From positions 430,716 to 494,715 of the forward strand of contig CAWEAL010000003.1 of assembly GCA_963807035.1 (NCBI GenBank): 64,000 nucleotides of DNA, read 5' to 3'. Positions 27,881 to 36,546 of this stretch are shown one piece after another. The first letter of the stretch is position 1; every line of letters begins with the position of its first letter. The notes below the pieces were generated by a model. It made no database searches. It was not told the DNA's origin and saw only the letters and a program-made list of their open reading frames with translations. The DNA is from an uncultured Chloroflexia bacterium. GTDB lineage: Bacteria; Chloroflexota; Limnocylindria; Limnocylindrales; CSP1-4. The translations under genes were made by a program, and so were the position numbers.

Positions 27881-30700
27881 TCAGGCGCCGGCGGTCATCG
27901 GCAGCTCGATCGTCGTCTCCGGCCGGAGCGGCGTTCCGGGGTGACAGGTGAAGTAGAGGACCTGGTGGCGGGTTGCGAGCTCCTCGATCGAGCGGGCGGC
28001 CCGTTCGGCCCGGCCCGGGTCGAAGTTGACCAGGATGTCGTCCATCACGATCGGCAGGGACTCGGCCTCGCGCGCGAAATGCTCGACCAGGCCGAAGCGC
28101 AGGGCGAGGTACAGCTGCTCGGCCGTCCCGGTCGACAGGGCGCTGATCGGCACCACCGTGCCGTCCCGCCGCTCGAGCTCCTGGACCTGCTTGCCGAGCG
28201 GGGCGAGGATCCTCGCGTAGCGGCCGTCGGTCCATCCGGCGAGAAGTGTCTCGGCCATCCGGAGCACCTCGGGCCGGTGCTCGCGCTCGTACCGGTTGCG
28301 CGTGCGCCGGAGCAGCTCGAGGGCGATCGTCGTGACCGACCAGGTCTCGGCCAGCACCTCGAGCTCGGCGATCCGGTCGGCGCGCTCCTGGCGCAGCCCG
28401 GCGGCCTCGGTCGAGTGCTCGATCTCGGCGATCCGGTCGCGCTCTGCCCCGAGCTGCTCATGGGCCGCCGCCCGGCGGACGTCGACCCGCCGGGCCTCCT
28501 CGTCGATGCCGGCGAATTCCGCCTCGATCCGGGCGACATCGTCGAAACCGGCCAGGTCCGCCTCGAACGCGGTGAGTGCGGCACCCGGCCCCGACAGCGC
28601 GACGAGGGTGTCCTCGGCGGCCTGGACCTCGCGCTCGATCTGGGCTCGCCGGGCCGCCCCCTCGATGATCACCCGGAGGCCTGGTCCATCGGCCGCGCCA
28701 CCGGCCGCCAGGACAGCTGCGTGCTCGGCGTGGGCGGCCTCGCGCGCCGCGTCGTTCGCGGCGATCGTCGCGTCGAGGCGTTCGAGGGCGGCAATCGCGC
28801 GGGCCCGGCCCTCCTGGGCCGACACGCTCGCGGCAAGGTCCCGCCGGATCTCCTCGAGGCCGATGAGTGGGTCCTCGACCGGGCGGCCGAGGCGTTCGAG
28901 GAGGGCGACGATCTCGCCTTCGGTCGCCGCCACCCGCGCGGCGATCCCCCGGCGGCGCGCGTCGATCGACTCGCGCCCGGCCAGGATGCCCCGGGCGACG
29001 ACCGCGCCCTCGATGATCCGGGCGGCGGATTCGCGGTCGAGGTCGGGGGCGAGGCCACGTTCGGTGAGCCAGGCACGCCAGCCGACCTGGGCTGTTTCCT
29101 GGGCCCTCGCGACCGCCGCCAGCCGGTTCGCCGCCGCCTGGACCCGTTGCTCGAGGAGTCGGACCCGCGCGAGTCGCTCCTCACGCCGGGCGGCGATCGG
29201 ATTCGTCGTCGCACCGGTTGATCGTTCGATCCGGCGCGAGCGCCTGACCAGGATGCCGCTGACCAGTCCGGCCGCGCCGGCGAGCAGGATGAGCAGACTG
29301 ATCTGCGGGCCGGTGAGGCCGAAGGCGGCCGTCGCCGCGGCCACGGCGATCCCGCTCGCGATGGCGACAAGGATCCCTGCCTGCAGACCAGATTCGGTCG
29401 GCATGACCCAACTGGAAGGCTCGGGCGCAGGGCCGATCGCGGCCAGGTCCGCCCGGGCATCGGCGAGGCTCTGTTCAGCCCCGGCTTGCTCGAGCCGCGC
29501 CGACGCCAGGTCGCGCTCCGCAGCTTCGAGGGAGGTCCGGAATGGGCCGGCGATCGCCCCCTGGGCGGCGAGCGAGTCATCGACGCCGAGCAGACGCTCC
29601 TCGCTCCAGTCGGGCCCGAGCCGCCGGAGCGCCTCGCCGAGGGCGGCCGTCCGGTCGGCCCGGTCGCGCTCGACGTCGCCGATCCGGCTCCGGTCGGCCC
29701 GGATGTCGGGCACGAGCGCCAGCAGCCGCTCGGCCTCGGCCCGGACGGCCAGGAGTGCTTCATCGACCGGCGCGCTGTCCCGTTCGGCCGCGAGCCGCCC
29801 GCGCTCCGCGGCGAGCTCGTCGGCCCGCGTCGCGGCGGCGGCCAGGTCCCGCTCGGAACGGGCGAGGCGTTCGAGCAGGTCGACGGGCAGGTCATCGGGC
29901 AGGCCGAGCCCGGCCGAGGGATCCGGCGGCAGCTCGGCGGCCCGGCTGCGTGCCCTCGCCAGGGCGAGCCAGGCCGGCCAGCCATCGCGCAGGCGTTCGA
30001 GCCGGCGCCGGGCGACGGCGATCGCCCCGGCCTCGATGGCCAGGCCGGCGAGCTCGGCCTCGAGCTCGGCCTGCCGTCCGCCGGCGGCCCGGAAGACGGC
30101 CGGCGGGTCGAGCGCCTCGATCCGGGCGTCGAGCGCGTCGATCTCGGCGAGCAGGACGTTGATCCGGGGGATCCGGCCCTGCTTGACGAACAGGTCCGAG
30201 CGGCGCTTCTCGAGCCGGTTCTCGACCTCGACGACGGACGTCGCTCCGGTGCCCATCCCCGCGCCGTAGATCCTCGCCTGGATCTCCGCGCTCGTCAGGT
30301 TGCCGAACTGGGCCAGCTCTGCCAGGCCGAATGCGAAGACGTTGTTGTAGACGGTCTTCTCGACGCCCTGGAGGATCCGCGGCAGGAGATCGGCCCCGAG
30401 GTCATCGCCGTCGGGGTCGACGAGCCGGAGCTGGCCGGGGCCGCCGGTCAGCCCGTAGCGCTCGATCCGGACGCGCCGGCCATCGCCGGTCGTGACCGTC
30501 AGCCAGCCGCCCCGCCGGCCGCCGGCGAGGGCGGGGTGGCCGTTCGTCACGAACCCGAACAGGATCGCCCGGATGAAGGCGAGCAGGGTCGACTTGCCCG
30601 CTTCGTTCTCGCCCCGGATCAGTGTCAGGCCCGGCCCGGGCTTGAGGTGCCTGTCGCGGAGCAGGCCGAATCCATCGACGGCGATCTCGTCGATTCGCAC
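27881..30700 (-). CDS. SbcC/Rad50-like (YhaN-type) AAA ATPase with long coiled coil
   Basis: GTG 30700 opens VRIDEIAVDGFGLLRD...LIRGENEAGKSTLL (Walker A). About 700 aa are Ala/Arg/Glu/Leu coiled coil. The C-terminal region has LSTGTAEQLYLALRFGL (signature) and LPIVMDDILVNFD (Walker B). The part of ORF 27881-31645 upstream of 30700 overlaps the SbcD-like gene and is not coding. Confidence 0.85.
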   Translation of the reverse strand: MRIDEIAVDGFGLLRDRHLKPGPGLTLIRGENEAGKSTLLAFIRAILFGFVTNGHPALAGGRRGGWLTVTTGDGRRVRIERYGLTGGPGQLRLVDPDGDDLGADLLPRILQGVEKTVYNNVFAFGLAELAQFGNLTSAEIQARIYGAGMGTGATSVVEVENRLEKRRSDLFVKQGRIPRINVLLAEIDALDARIEALDPPAVFRAAGGRQAELEAELAGLAIEAGAIAVARRRLERLRDGWPAWLALARARSRAAELPPDPSAGLGLPDDLPVDLLERLARSERDLAAAATRADELAAERGRLAAERDSAPVDEALLAVRAEAERLLALVPDIRADRSRIGDVERDRADRTAALGEALRRLGPDWSEERLLGVDDSLAAQGAIAGPFRTSLEAAERDLASARLEQAGAEQSLADARADLAAIGPAPEPSSWVMPTESGLQAGILVAIASGIAVAAATAAFGLTGPQISLLILLAGAAGLVSGILVRRSRRIERSTGATTNPIAARREERLARVRLLEQRVQAAANRLAAVARAQETAQVGWRAWLTERGLAPDLDRESAARIIEGAVVARGILAGRESIDARRRGIAARVAATEGEIVALLERLGRPVEDPLIGLEEIRRDLAASVSAQEGRARAIAALERLDATIAANDAAREAAHAEHAAVLAAGGAADGPGLRVIIEGAARRAQIEREVQAAEDTLVALSGPGAALTAFEADLAGFDDVARIEAEFAGIDEEARRVDVRRAAAHEQLGAERDRIAEIEHSTEAAGLRQERADRIAELEVLAETWSVTTIALELLRRTRNRYEREHRPEVLRMAETLLAGWTDGRYARILAPLGKQVQELERRDGTVVPISALSTGTAEQLYLALRFGLVEHFAREAESLPIVMDDILVNFDPGRAERAARSIEELATRHQVLYFTCHPGTPLRPETTIELPMTAGA

Positions 30701-30708
30701 GGCCGGCC

Positions 30709-31986
30709 TCAGCCCGCGTCGTCGAGCTGGTCGATCACCAGGGCCTCGGCCGACTCGAGCATCGCCAGCAGGCGGCTCGTGTCGGGCCGCGCCCCGCGCA
30801 GGACGCGGCGGGCCCGGGCATGGTCGTACAGGTCCGCCAGCAGGCTGTCCAGGTCGGCGCCCTGGCCTTCGCGCAGGGCGGTTCGGCTGCGGTTGAACTC
30901 GCGGAGCGACTCGCCGAGCAGGTCGCCCGCCTCGCGTCGGACGTCGAGGTCGATCGACGGCCGGGTCTCGTTCCGGATCGACTCGAGCCAGGCGAACGGG
31001 TCGCCAGCGCCGAACCGGTCCCGGACCAGGCCCTGCAGGTCGTCCAGGAAGCCGGGGCGCCGGAGCGAGGCGTGCTGAGGGCCGCGGCCGGTCAGGGTCA
31101 CGATCGCGACGATCGAGCGCCCGGCGGCGTCGGCGGCCGCCTCGACGGCCCCGCCGACCCCCTGGACGAGGGCCTCCTCGGTCGTGATCCCGTCGATCGC
31201 GACGGTCAGCCGCTGCCAGCGCACGACATCGGTCGCCCGGAACTCCGGCTTGACGGCGCCGGCCTCGCCGACCTCGACCAGGTAGCACCCCCGCGGGTCC
31301 GCCTCGCCGGGATCGCGACCCTGCGGGTTGCCGCAGTAGACGACGGTCGGTGCGGCGGCGCGCAGGACCCCGTGGCGGTGGATGTGGCCGAGCGCCCAGT
31401 AGTCCATCCCGCTCGCGACCAGGTCCGAGATCGAGCACGGAGCGTAGTTGGCGTAGCCCTCGATGCCGCCGACGTTGGCGTGGAGCAGGCCGATCGCGAA
31501 CGGCTCGTCGGCGTTGCGCCGGAAGCCCGGGACCAGGTTGCGGGTGACGTCCCGGACGGCATAGCTGATGCCGTGGACGCGGGCGATCTCGATCCCGCTG
31601 CGGACGAGCGGCCGGCTCGTCACCTCGGACGAGCCGAACCGCCACGCCAGGTCGGGCCAGGCGACGGCCGGCTCCCAGCCCGAGAGCGGGTCGTGATTGC
31701 CCGTGACGACGAAGGTCGGGATCAGCTCCCGGGCGAGCCGGTCGAGCCCAGCCGCGAAGGCGACCTGGGCGCGCAGCGTCCGGTTCGCACCTTCGAAGAC
31801 GTCGCCGGCGACGAGCACCGCGTCGACGCGCTCGTCGATCGCAAGGGCGACGATCCGCTCCCAGCTGCGCAGGGTCGCGTCCCGCAGGGTCGCGGCGATC
31901 CGCTCGGGAACCGCCTGGGCGATGCCCAGGAACGGGCTGTCGAGGTGGAGGTCACCGGTATGGACGAAGCGAAGCCCCACCCCCAC
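30709..31986 (-). CDS. SbcD/Mre11-like (YhaO-type) metallophosphoesterase DNA exonuclease
   Basis: The calcineurin-fold motifs are FVHTGDLHLD, VLVAGDVFE, VVTGNHD, LLHANV and GHIH. It ends 8 nt before the ATPase gene start. Confidence 0.85.
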   Translation of the reverse strand: MGVGLRFVHTGDLHLDSPFLGIAQAVPERIAATLRDATLRSWERIVALAIDERVDAVLVAGDVFEGANRTLRAQVAFAAGLDRLARELIPTFVVTGNHDPLSGWEPAVAWPDLAWRFGSSEVTSRPLVRSGIEIARVHGISYAVRDVTRNLVPGFRRNADEPFAIGLLHANVGGIEGYANYAPCSISDLVASGMDYWALGHIHRHGVLRAAAPTVVYCGNPQGRDPGEADPRGCYLVEVGEAGAVKPEFRATDVVRWQRLTVAIDGITTEEALVQGVGGAVEAAADAAGRSIVAIVTLTGRGPQHASLRRPGFLDDLQGLVRDRFGAGDPFAWLESIRNETRPSIDLDVRREAGDLLGESLREFNRSRTALREGQGADLDSLLADLYDHARARRVLRGARPDTSRLLAMLESAEALVIDQLDDAG

Positions 31987-31989
31987 TCG

Positions 31990-33282
31990 TCAGCGAACCT
32001 CGATGACCCGGAACCCGATCCGACCTGACGGGATCACGACCTCGACGGCATCGCCGGGGCTTCGCCCGAGGAGGGCCGCCCCGATCGGCGAGACGTTCGA
32101 GATCCGATCTGTCCGAGGGTTCGCCTCGGCGGCCCCGACGATTCGGTAGGTCGTGGTCTCGAGCGCACCCGCGGGGTCCATCCGCTCGACGACCACGGTC
32201 GAGCCGATTCCGACGACGCTGCCGCCGCCGGCCTCGACCACGACCGCGTTGCGGATCTGGTCCTCGATCTGGCGGATCCGGCCCTCGGCGAAGCTCTGCT
32301 CGCGGCGCGCCTCGTGGTAGTCCGAGTTCTCCTTGAGGTCGCCCAGCTCGCGGGCGGCCGCGATCCGCGCGACGATCGCCGGGCGGAGGACGGTCGTCAG
32401 CTCGTGCAGCTCGGCCTGGAGCGTGGCAAGCCCTTCGGCGGAGAGGTGGACTGCGGGACCGGCGGGCCGTCCGGCGGCCTTGACGGCGGCCGCGGCCGCC
32501 CGTGAGCCGGTCGCGGCCCGCGGCGTCGTGCTGCGCGGCCGGGGCGTGCTCGATCGGAGGATGCCCGTCCGGCGGGTCGGGTCGGCGGCGGTCCGCCCGG
32601 ACGCCGACCGGGCAGTCGGAGCGCCCCGAGCCGCGGCCGCGGCGGCCGCCACCCGCTCCGACTTCGTGGCCGGGCGATCGGGCTCGTCGGCGAGGAGGGC
32701 GCCCCGGATCCCGTGCTGGCGGCGCTCGTTGGTGGCCGTCTGGAGATTGCCGAAGGGCAGGACGACGGTGCTGTCGCGGAGGGCGGCCTTGCTCTCCGGC
32801 GAGACGCCCTGGGCGAACGCCGACAGGAGGGCGTCCTCGTACTCCTCGGGCGCCGAGGTCGTCGCCCACCAGACCCGGCTGTCGGGCAGGACGCTGAGCG
32901 TCTTCAGCCAATGGCCGCCGGAGTGCGGGCGGCGATCGCCCAGCCGCGTGTTCACGAACGCCCCCACCCGACCCCCGATCGACAGGCTGGTCATCCCGAT
33001 GTAGACGACCGTCTCGTCGGGCAGCCAGAACTCGCCCAGGCGGACGGCCAGCTCGCGCTGGGTGGGCCGGGCCCCGTCGAGGGTGAGGCCAGGCACGCGC
33101 TCGATCCAGTGGGCGACGAGCTGGTGGTCGATCGGCGCCGACTTGAGCGGCGCAGCGAGCTCGACGATGTAGATTCCCGGGCCGCCGGCCCGGACGGGAC
33201 TGCCCCATCGGACGGGTCCGTCGGCGAGGAGGCCGACGGAGCGGAGCAGCTCGGCCGCCCCGAGCGAGCGAGGTTCGGTCAT
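31990..33282 (-). CDS. fusion protein: N-terminal GIY-YIG-like domain + basic low-complexity linker + complete GreA/GreB-type transcript cleavage factor
   Basis: 430-aa ORF. The N-part has EFWLPDETVVYIGMTSLSIGGRVGAF..R..H.., EEYEDALLSAF and LPFGN. The C-part has LSAEGLATLQAELHEL, GDLKENSDYHEARREQ and SPIGAALLGRSPGDAVEV. The stop lies 3 nt before the SbcD-like start. Confidence 0.8.
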   Translation of the reverse strand: MTEPRSLGAAELLRSVGLLADGPVRWGSPVRAGGPGIYIVELAAPLKSAPIDHQLVAHWIERVPGLTLDGARPTQRELAVRLGEFWLPDETVVYIGMTSLSIGGRVGAFVNTRLGDRRPHSGGHWLKTLSVLPDSRVWWATTSAPEEYEDALLSAFAQGVSPESKAALRDSTVVLPFGNLQTATNERRQHGIRGALLADEPDRPATKSERVAAAAAAARGAPTARSASGRTAADPTRRTGILRSSTPRPRSTTPRAATGSRAAAAAVKAAGRPAGPAVHLSAEGLATLQAELHELTTVLRPAIVARIAAARELGDLKENSDYHEARREQSFAEGRIRQIEDQIRNAVVVEAGGGSVVGIGSTVVVERMDPAGALETTTYRIVGAAEANPRTDRISNVSPIGAALLGRSPGDAVEVVIPSGRIGFRVIEVR

Positions 33283-33306
33283 TCAGGATCCCAGTGCGGG
33301 TCTCCC

Positions 33307-33312
33307 AGTGTA
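33307..33312 (-). promoter_or_regulatory. possible -10 (TACACT) for the GreA-fusion/SbcD/SbcC operon
   Basis: The minus strand reads ggtTACACTgggagacccgcactGGGAtcctgaATG. A short leader carries a weak GGGA Shine-Dalgarno. Confidence 0.3.
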
Positions 33313-33367
33313 ACCGGCCGCCCGGGTCAGCTCGGCTGTCACGGCTCCCGGGGCGCTCGCCCGGGCC

Positions 33368-34696
33368 CTAGCGCGAGGCGCCGGTGGGGCCGCGGAGGGG
33401 CTTGCGGTGGGCGTGGCCGTGCTCGGGCGTGGCAGCTCCGGCCCCGAACCCGCCGCCCCGGCCGGACCCTGCACCGGCCCGTCCGCCCGGGCCGAAGCCG
33501 CGCAGGGGCCGAACCTCGACCGACCGGTCGGGCAGGAAGCCCTCGACCACCCGGTAGGGGATCTGGCGCTTCAGGAGCCGCTGGACGCCCTTGAGCAGCT
33601 CGACCTCGTCCATGCACACGAGCGAGATTGCCACGCCTGACAGGCCGGCCCGGCCGGTCCGGCCGATCCGGTGGATGTAGTCCTGGGGTTCGAACGGCAG
33701 CTCGAAGTTGACGACGTAGGGCAGCTCTTCGATGTCGAGCCCGCGCGACGCGACGTCGGTGGCGACCAGGCAGGTCACCTCGCCCGATTTGAAGTCCTCG
33801 AGCGCGCGTGTCCGTTCGGGCTGGCTGCGATCGCTGTGGATCGCCACCGCCGCCACGCCGCGCCGGTCGAGGTAGGAGGCGAGCCGGCTGGCCGCCAGCT
33901 TCGTCCGGGTGAAGACGAGGACCTGGCTCATCTTGTCGCGCCGGATCAGGTGAAGGAGCAGGTCCTCCTTCCGCTCGCGATCGACCGGGTAGAGAACCTG
34001 CTCGACGTTCTCGGCGGCGGTGTTGCGCCGGGCAACCTCGACGATCGCCGGGTTCTTCAGGAACTCGCTCGCCAGCCGGCGGATCTCGTCCGAGAAGGTC
34101 GCCGAGAAGAGCATCGTCTGGCTCCGGTTCGGGAGCTGGGCCACGATCTTGCGGATGTCCGGGATGAAGCCCATGTCGAGCATCCGGTCGCCCTCGTCGA
34201 GGACCAGGATCTCGACCTGGCTGAGGTTGACCGTGCGCTGGCCCATGTGGTCCATCAGCCGACCCGGGGTGGCCACCAGGATCTCGATCCCACCCCGGAG
34301 CTCCTTGATCTGGGGATCGATCGGGACGCCGCCGTAGACCACGGCCGACCGAAGAGGCACGTACTTGCCGTACGTCGCCACGCTCTCGGCGATCTGCATC
34401 GCCAACTCGCGGGTCGGCGTCAGCACGAGCGCCCGGACCGGGTGGCGGGCCGGCGAGAAGCTGGAGTTCGCCTGGGCCTTGAGCCGTTCGAGGATCGGCA
34501 GGGTGAACGCGGCAGTCTTGCCGGTGCCGGTCTGGGCGGCGGCGAGCACGTCGCGGCCGGCCAGAACGAATGGGATGGCCTCGGCCTGGACAGGCGTCGG
34601 CTCGGTGTAGCCCTCCTCGGCCACGGCCCGGAGGATGTCGGCCGAAAGGCCGAGGGTATTGAACGACAAGCGGGTGTGGGCTCCTGGTTCGCCCAT
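33368..34696 (-). CDS. DEAD-box ATP-dependent RNA helicase (RhlE-like) with RGG-rich tail
   Basis: Q-motif region FNTLGLSADILRAV..GYTEPTPVQ, motif I AQTGTGKT, DEGD (DEAD variant), SAT, HRIGRTGRAG, and a C-terminal GRAGAGSGRGGGFG. Start taken at MGEPG (34696). The ORF extends to 34768. Confidence 0.85.
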   Translation of the reverse strand: MGEPGAHTRLSFNTLGLSADILRAVAEEGYTEPTPVQAEAIPFVLAGRDVLAAAQTGTGKTAAFTLPILERLKAQANSSFSPARHPVRALVLTPTRELAMQIAESVATYGKYVPLRSAVVYGGVPIDPQIKELRGGIEILVATPGRLMDHMGQRTVNLSQVEILVLDEGDRMLDMGFIPDIRKIVAQLPNRSQTMLFSATFSDEIRRLASEFLKNPAIVEVARRNTAAENVEQVLYPVDRERKEDLLLHLIRRDKMSQVLVFTRTKLAASRLASYLDRRGVAAVAIHSDRSQPERTRALEDFKSGEVTCLVATDVASRGLDIEELPYVVNFELPFEPQDYIHRIGRTGRAGLSGVAISLVCMDEVELLKGVQRLLKRQIPYRVVEGFLPDRSVEVRPLRGFGPGGRAGAGSGRGGGFGAGAATPEHGHAHRKPLRGPTGASR

Positions 34697-34793
34697 CTTG
34701 AACGGCGCCGGAAAGAGGCGGCCGGACGGGCGGGTCGTCCTCGAGTCTACGGGATTCACTCGTTCCACGGACGCAGTCGCGTGCGCGGCCGTC

Positions 34794-34799
34794 TAGGAT
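34794..34799 (+). promoter_or_regulatory. -10 element TAGGAT, 6 nt upstream of ATG 34806
   Basis: The sequence reads gtcTAGGATgggccgATG. Confidence 0.45.
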
Positions 34800-34805
34800 G
34801 GGCCG

Positions 34806-35378
34806 ATGCAGCACCCCGACCGCCTCTTCTACACCGGTGACGAGGCCGCCGATCGGCTGATCGCGACCGATCCGCTGGCTCTCCTGATCGGCTTCAGCCT
34901 CGACCAGCAGGTGAGCGTCCAGAAGGCCTTCAGTGGACCTCTCGAGCTGACCCGCCGGACCGGCCGGGCCCTCGATGCCCGGGCGATCGCGGCGATGGAT
35001 CCGGCCGAGCTTGCCGGGATCTTCCAGGCGCGCCCGGCGCTCCATCGATTTCCCGGGGCGATGGCCGGCCGGGTCCAGGCTCTTTGCTCGGCGATCGCGA
35101 CCGACTACGACAACGACGCGACCGCAATCTGGCGAGGGGCGAAGGATGCCCGCGACCTCCAGCGCCGGTTGCTGGCCCTGCCCGGGATCGGCGAGATGAA
35201 GGCGCGTACGATCACTGCCGTGCTGGCCAGGCGGTTCGGGTTCGACCTGCCCGGCCTGGCCGAGTCCCTCCCAAAGCACCCGACCCTCGGCGACGTCGAC
35301 TCGGCCGAGGCGCTGGCGAGCTACCAGGCCGGCAAGCGGGCCTACAAGGCCACGCTCCGGGCCGCCCCCAAAGGCTGA
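34806..35378 (+). CDS. HhH-GPD-type base-excision DNA repair protein
   Basis: 190-aa ORF with LLIGFSLDQQVSVQKAF and the helix-hairpin-helix LLALPGIGEMKARTITAVL. Confidence 0.7.
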   Translation: MQHPDRLFYTGDEAADRLIATDPLALLIGFSLDQQVSVQKAFSGPLELTRRTGRALDARAIAAMDPAELAGIFQARPALHRFPGAMAGRVQALCSAIATDYDNDATAIWRGAKDARDLQRRLLALPGIGEMKARTITAVLARRFGFDLPGLAESLPKHPTLGDVDSAEALASYQAGKRAYKATLRAAPKG

Positions 35379-35792
35379 CCGTCCGTTCCGCGCTGGCCCG
35401 CCCAGGGTCAGTTCCGTGCCGTGCCGCTGCGAGGCGTCGCGCGCCGGCCGCTGCGCGGCTCGCTCCCGGCTGGTCTCGTGCTGTGCTCCTGCGTGGCGTC
35501 GTCCTGATGACTGCCACGATTGGCGGGCGGCTTCCCGTCGAGCGAAGGCCGTCTCAATGGCGCGCGAGCGGGCAACCCCCGGTCCTCCCGAGCACGACGC
35601 TTGGGCGCCGGGCGTCCGCAGCCGGCGTTCGGGCGGGCTCGCCGCAGGCAAACGACGCCGGTAATCACCGGACTTCTACCGTAGCCGCCAGCACGAGCCC
35701 CGGACCGGCGGCCGCGCCCCGGACCACGGCCAGGCGGCCGTCGACTTCTCGCCTCGGCCGCGGAATGTCATCGAGCCATCACATTCGGCGGC

Positions 35793-35798
35793 TAGAAT
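35793..35798 (+). promoter_or_regulatory. -10 element TAGAAT, 6 nt upstream of ATG 35805
   Basis: The sequence reads ggcTAGAATcggcgcATG. Confidence 0.5.
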
Positions 35799-35804
35799 CG
35801 GCGC

Positions 35805-36479
35805 ATGTGGTTCACCGATTCAAGCAGATTGTCCCTTCCTGATCCGGCCAAGGCCCTGCCCGGCCGAGCCGAGCCAGTCGAGGTTCCGGAGCGCCATTTC
35901 GTCAACGGCGCGAAGCTGACTCCTCCCTATCCGGAGGGTAGCCAGGTCGCGACCTTCGGGATGGGCTGCTTCTGGGGTGCCGAGAAGCTCTTCTGGCAGA
36001 AGCCGGGCGTGATCGTCACGGCCGTCGGGTATGCCGGGGGCTACACCCCGAACCCGACCTACGGCGAGGTCTGCTCGGGCAAGACCGGTCACGCGGAAGT
36101 TGTCCGGGTCGTGTTCGACCCGAACGTCATCTCCTACGAGGAGATCCTCTCGGCGTTCTGGGAGAACCACGATCCGACCCAGGGCATGCGCCAGGGCAAC
36201 GATCAGGGCACGCAGTACCGCTCGGCGATCTACACCTCGAACGACGAGCAGCGCCGGATCGCCGAGGCATCCCACGATGCGTACGAGCCGCGCCTGGCGG
36301 CCGCCGGCTACGGCCCGATCACGACTGCGATCGTGCCCCTCGGCGAGTTCTACTTCGCCGAGGACTATCACCAGCAGTACCTCGCCAAGGTCCCGAACGG
36401 CTACTGCCCGAACCATTCGACCGGCGTGAAGCTGCCCGCGGATTTCGTGGTGACGCCGCTTCAATACGTGGACGGCTAG
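35805..36479 (+). CDS. msrA: peptide-methionine (S)-S-oxide reductase
   Basis: The active site is [14 protein letters not shown], followed by [25 protein letters not shown] and [19 protein letters not shown]. Confidence 0.92.
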   Translation: MWFTDSSRLSLPDPAKALPGRAEPVEVPERHFVNGAKLTPPYPEGSQVATFGMGCFWGAEKLFWQKPGVIVTAVGYAGGYTPNPTYGEVCSGKTGHAEVVRVVFDPNVISYEEILSAFWENHDPTQGMRQGNDQGTQYRSAIYTSNDEQRRIAEASHDAYEPRLAAAGYGPITTAIVPLGEFYFAEDYHQQYLAKVPNGYCPNHSTGVKLPADFVVTPLQYVDG

Positions 36480-36546
36480 AACCTGTGAATGAGCTTTCGT
36501 ACGGGGGACGGGCCATCCGTGCCATGTGTCACGGGTCGGCCACCCC

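Noticed and set aside
30701-31645. N-terminal 314-aa extension of the SbcC-like ORF (27881-31645), and the similar extension of the SpoIID ORF (25332-28235).
   Set aside because: The extensions are Arg/Pro-rich and overlap well-supported genes in other frames or on the other strand (the SbcD-like gene; the K+ channel). Conserved N-termini begin at GTG 30700 and at about 26704.
35640-35700. GCAAACGAC... (Ala-Asn-Asp...VAA), resembling a tmRNA tag-coding start.
   Set aside because: No stop codon follows the VAA. No tRNA-like acceptor or T-arm (GGTTCGAxTCC...CCA) is present within reach. msrA starts about 160 nt downstream, leaving no room for a tmRNA.
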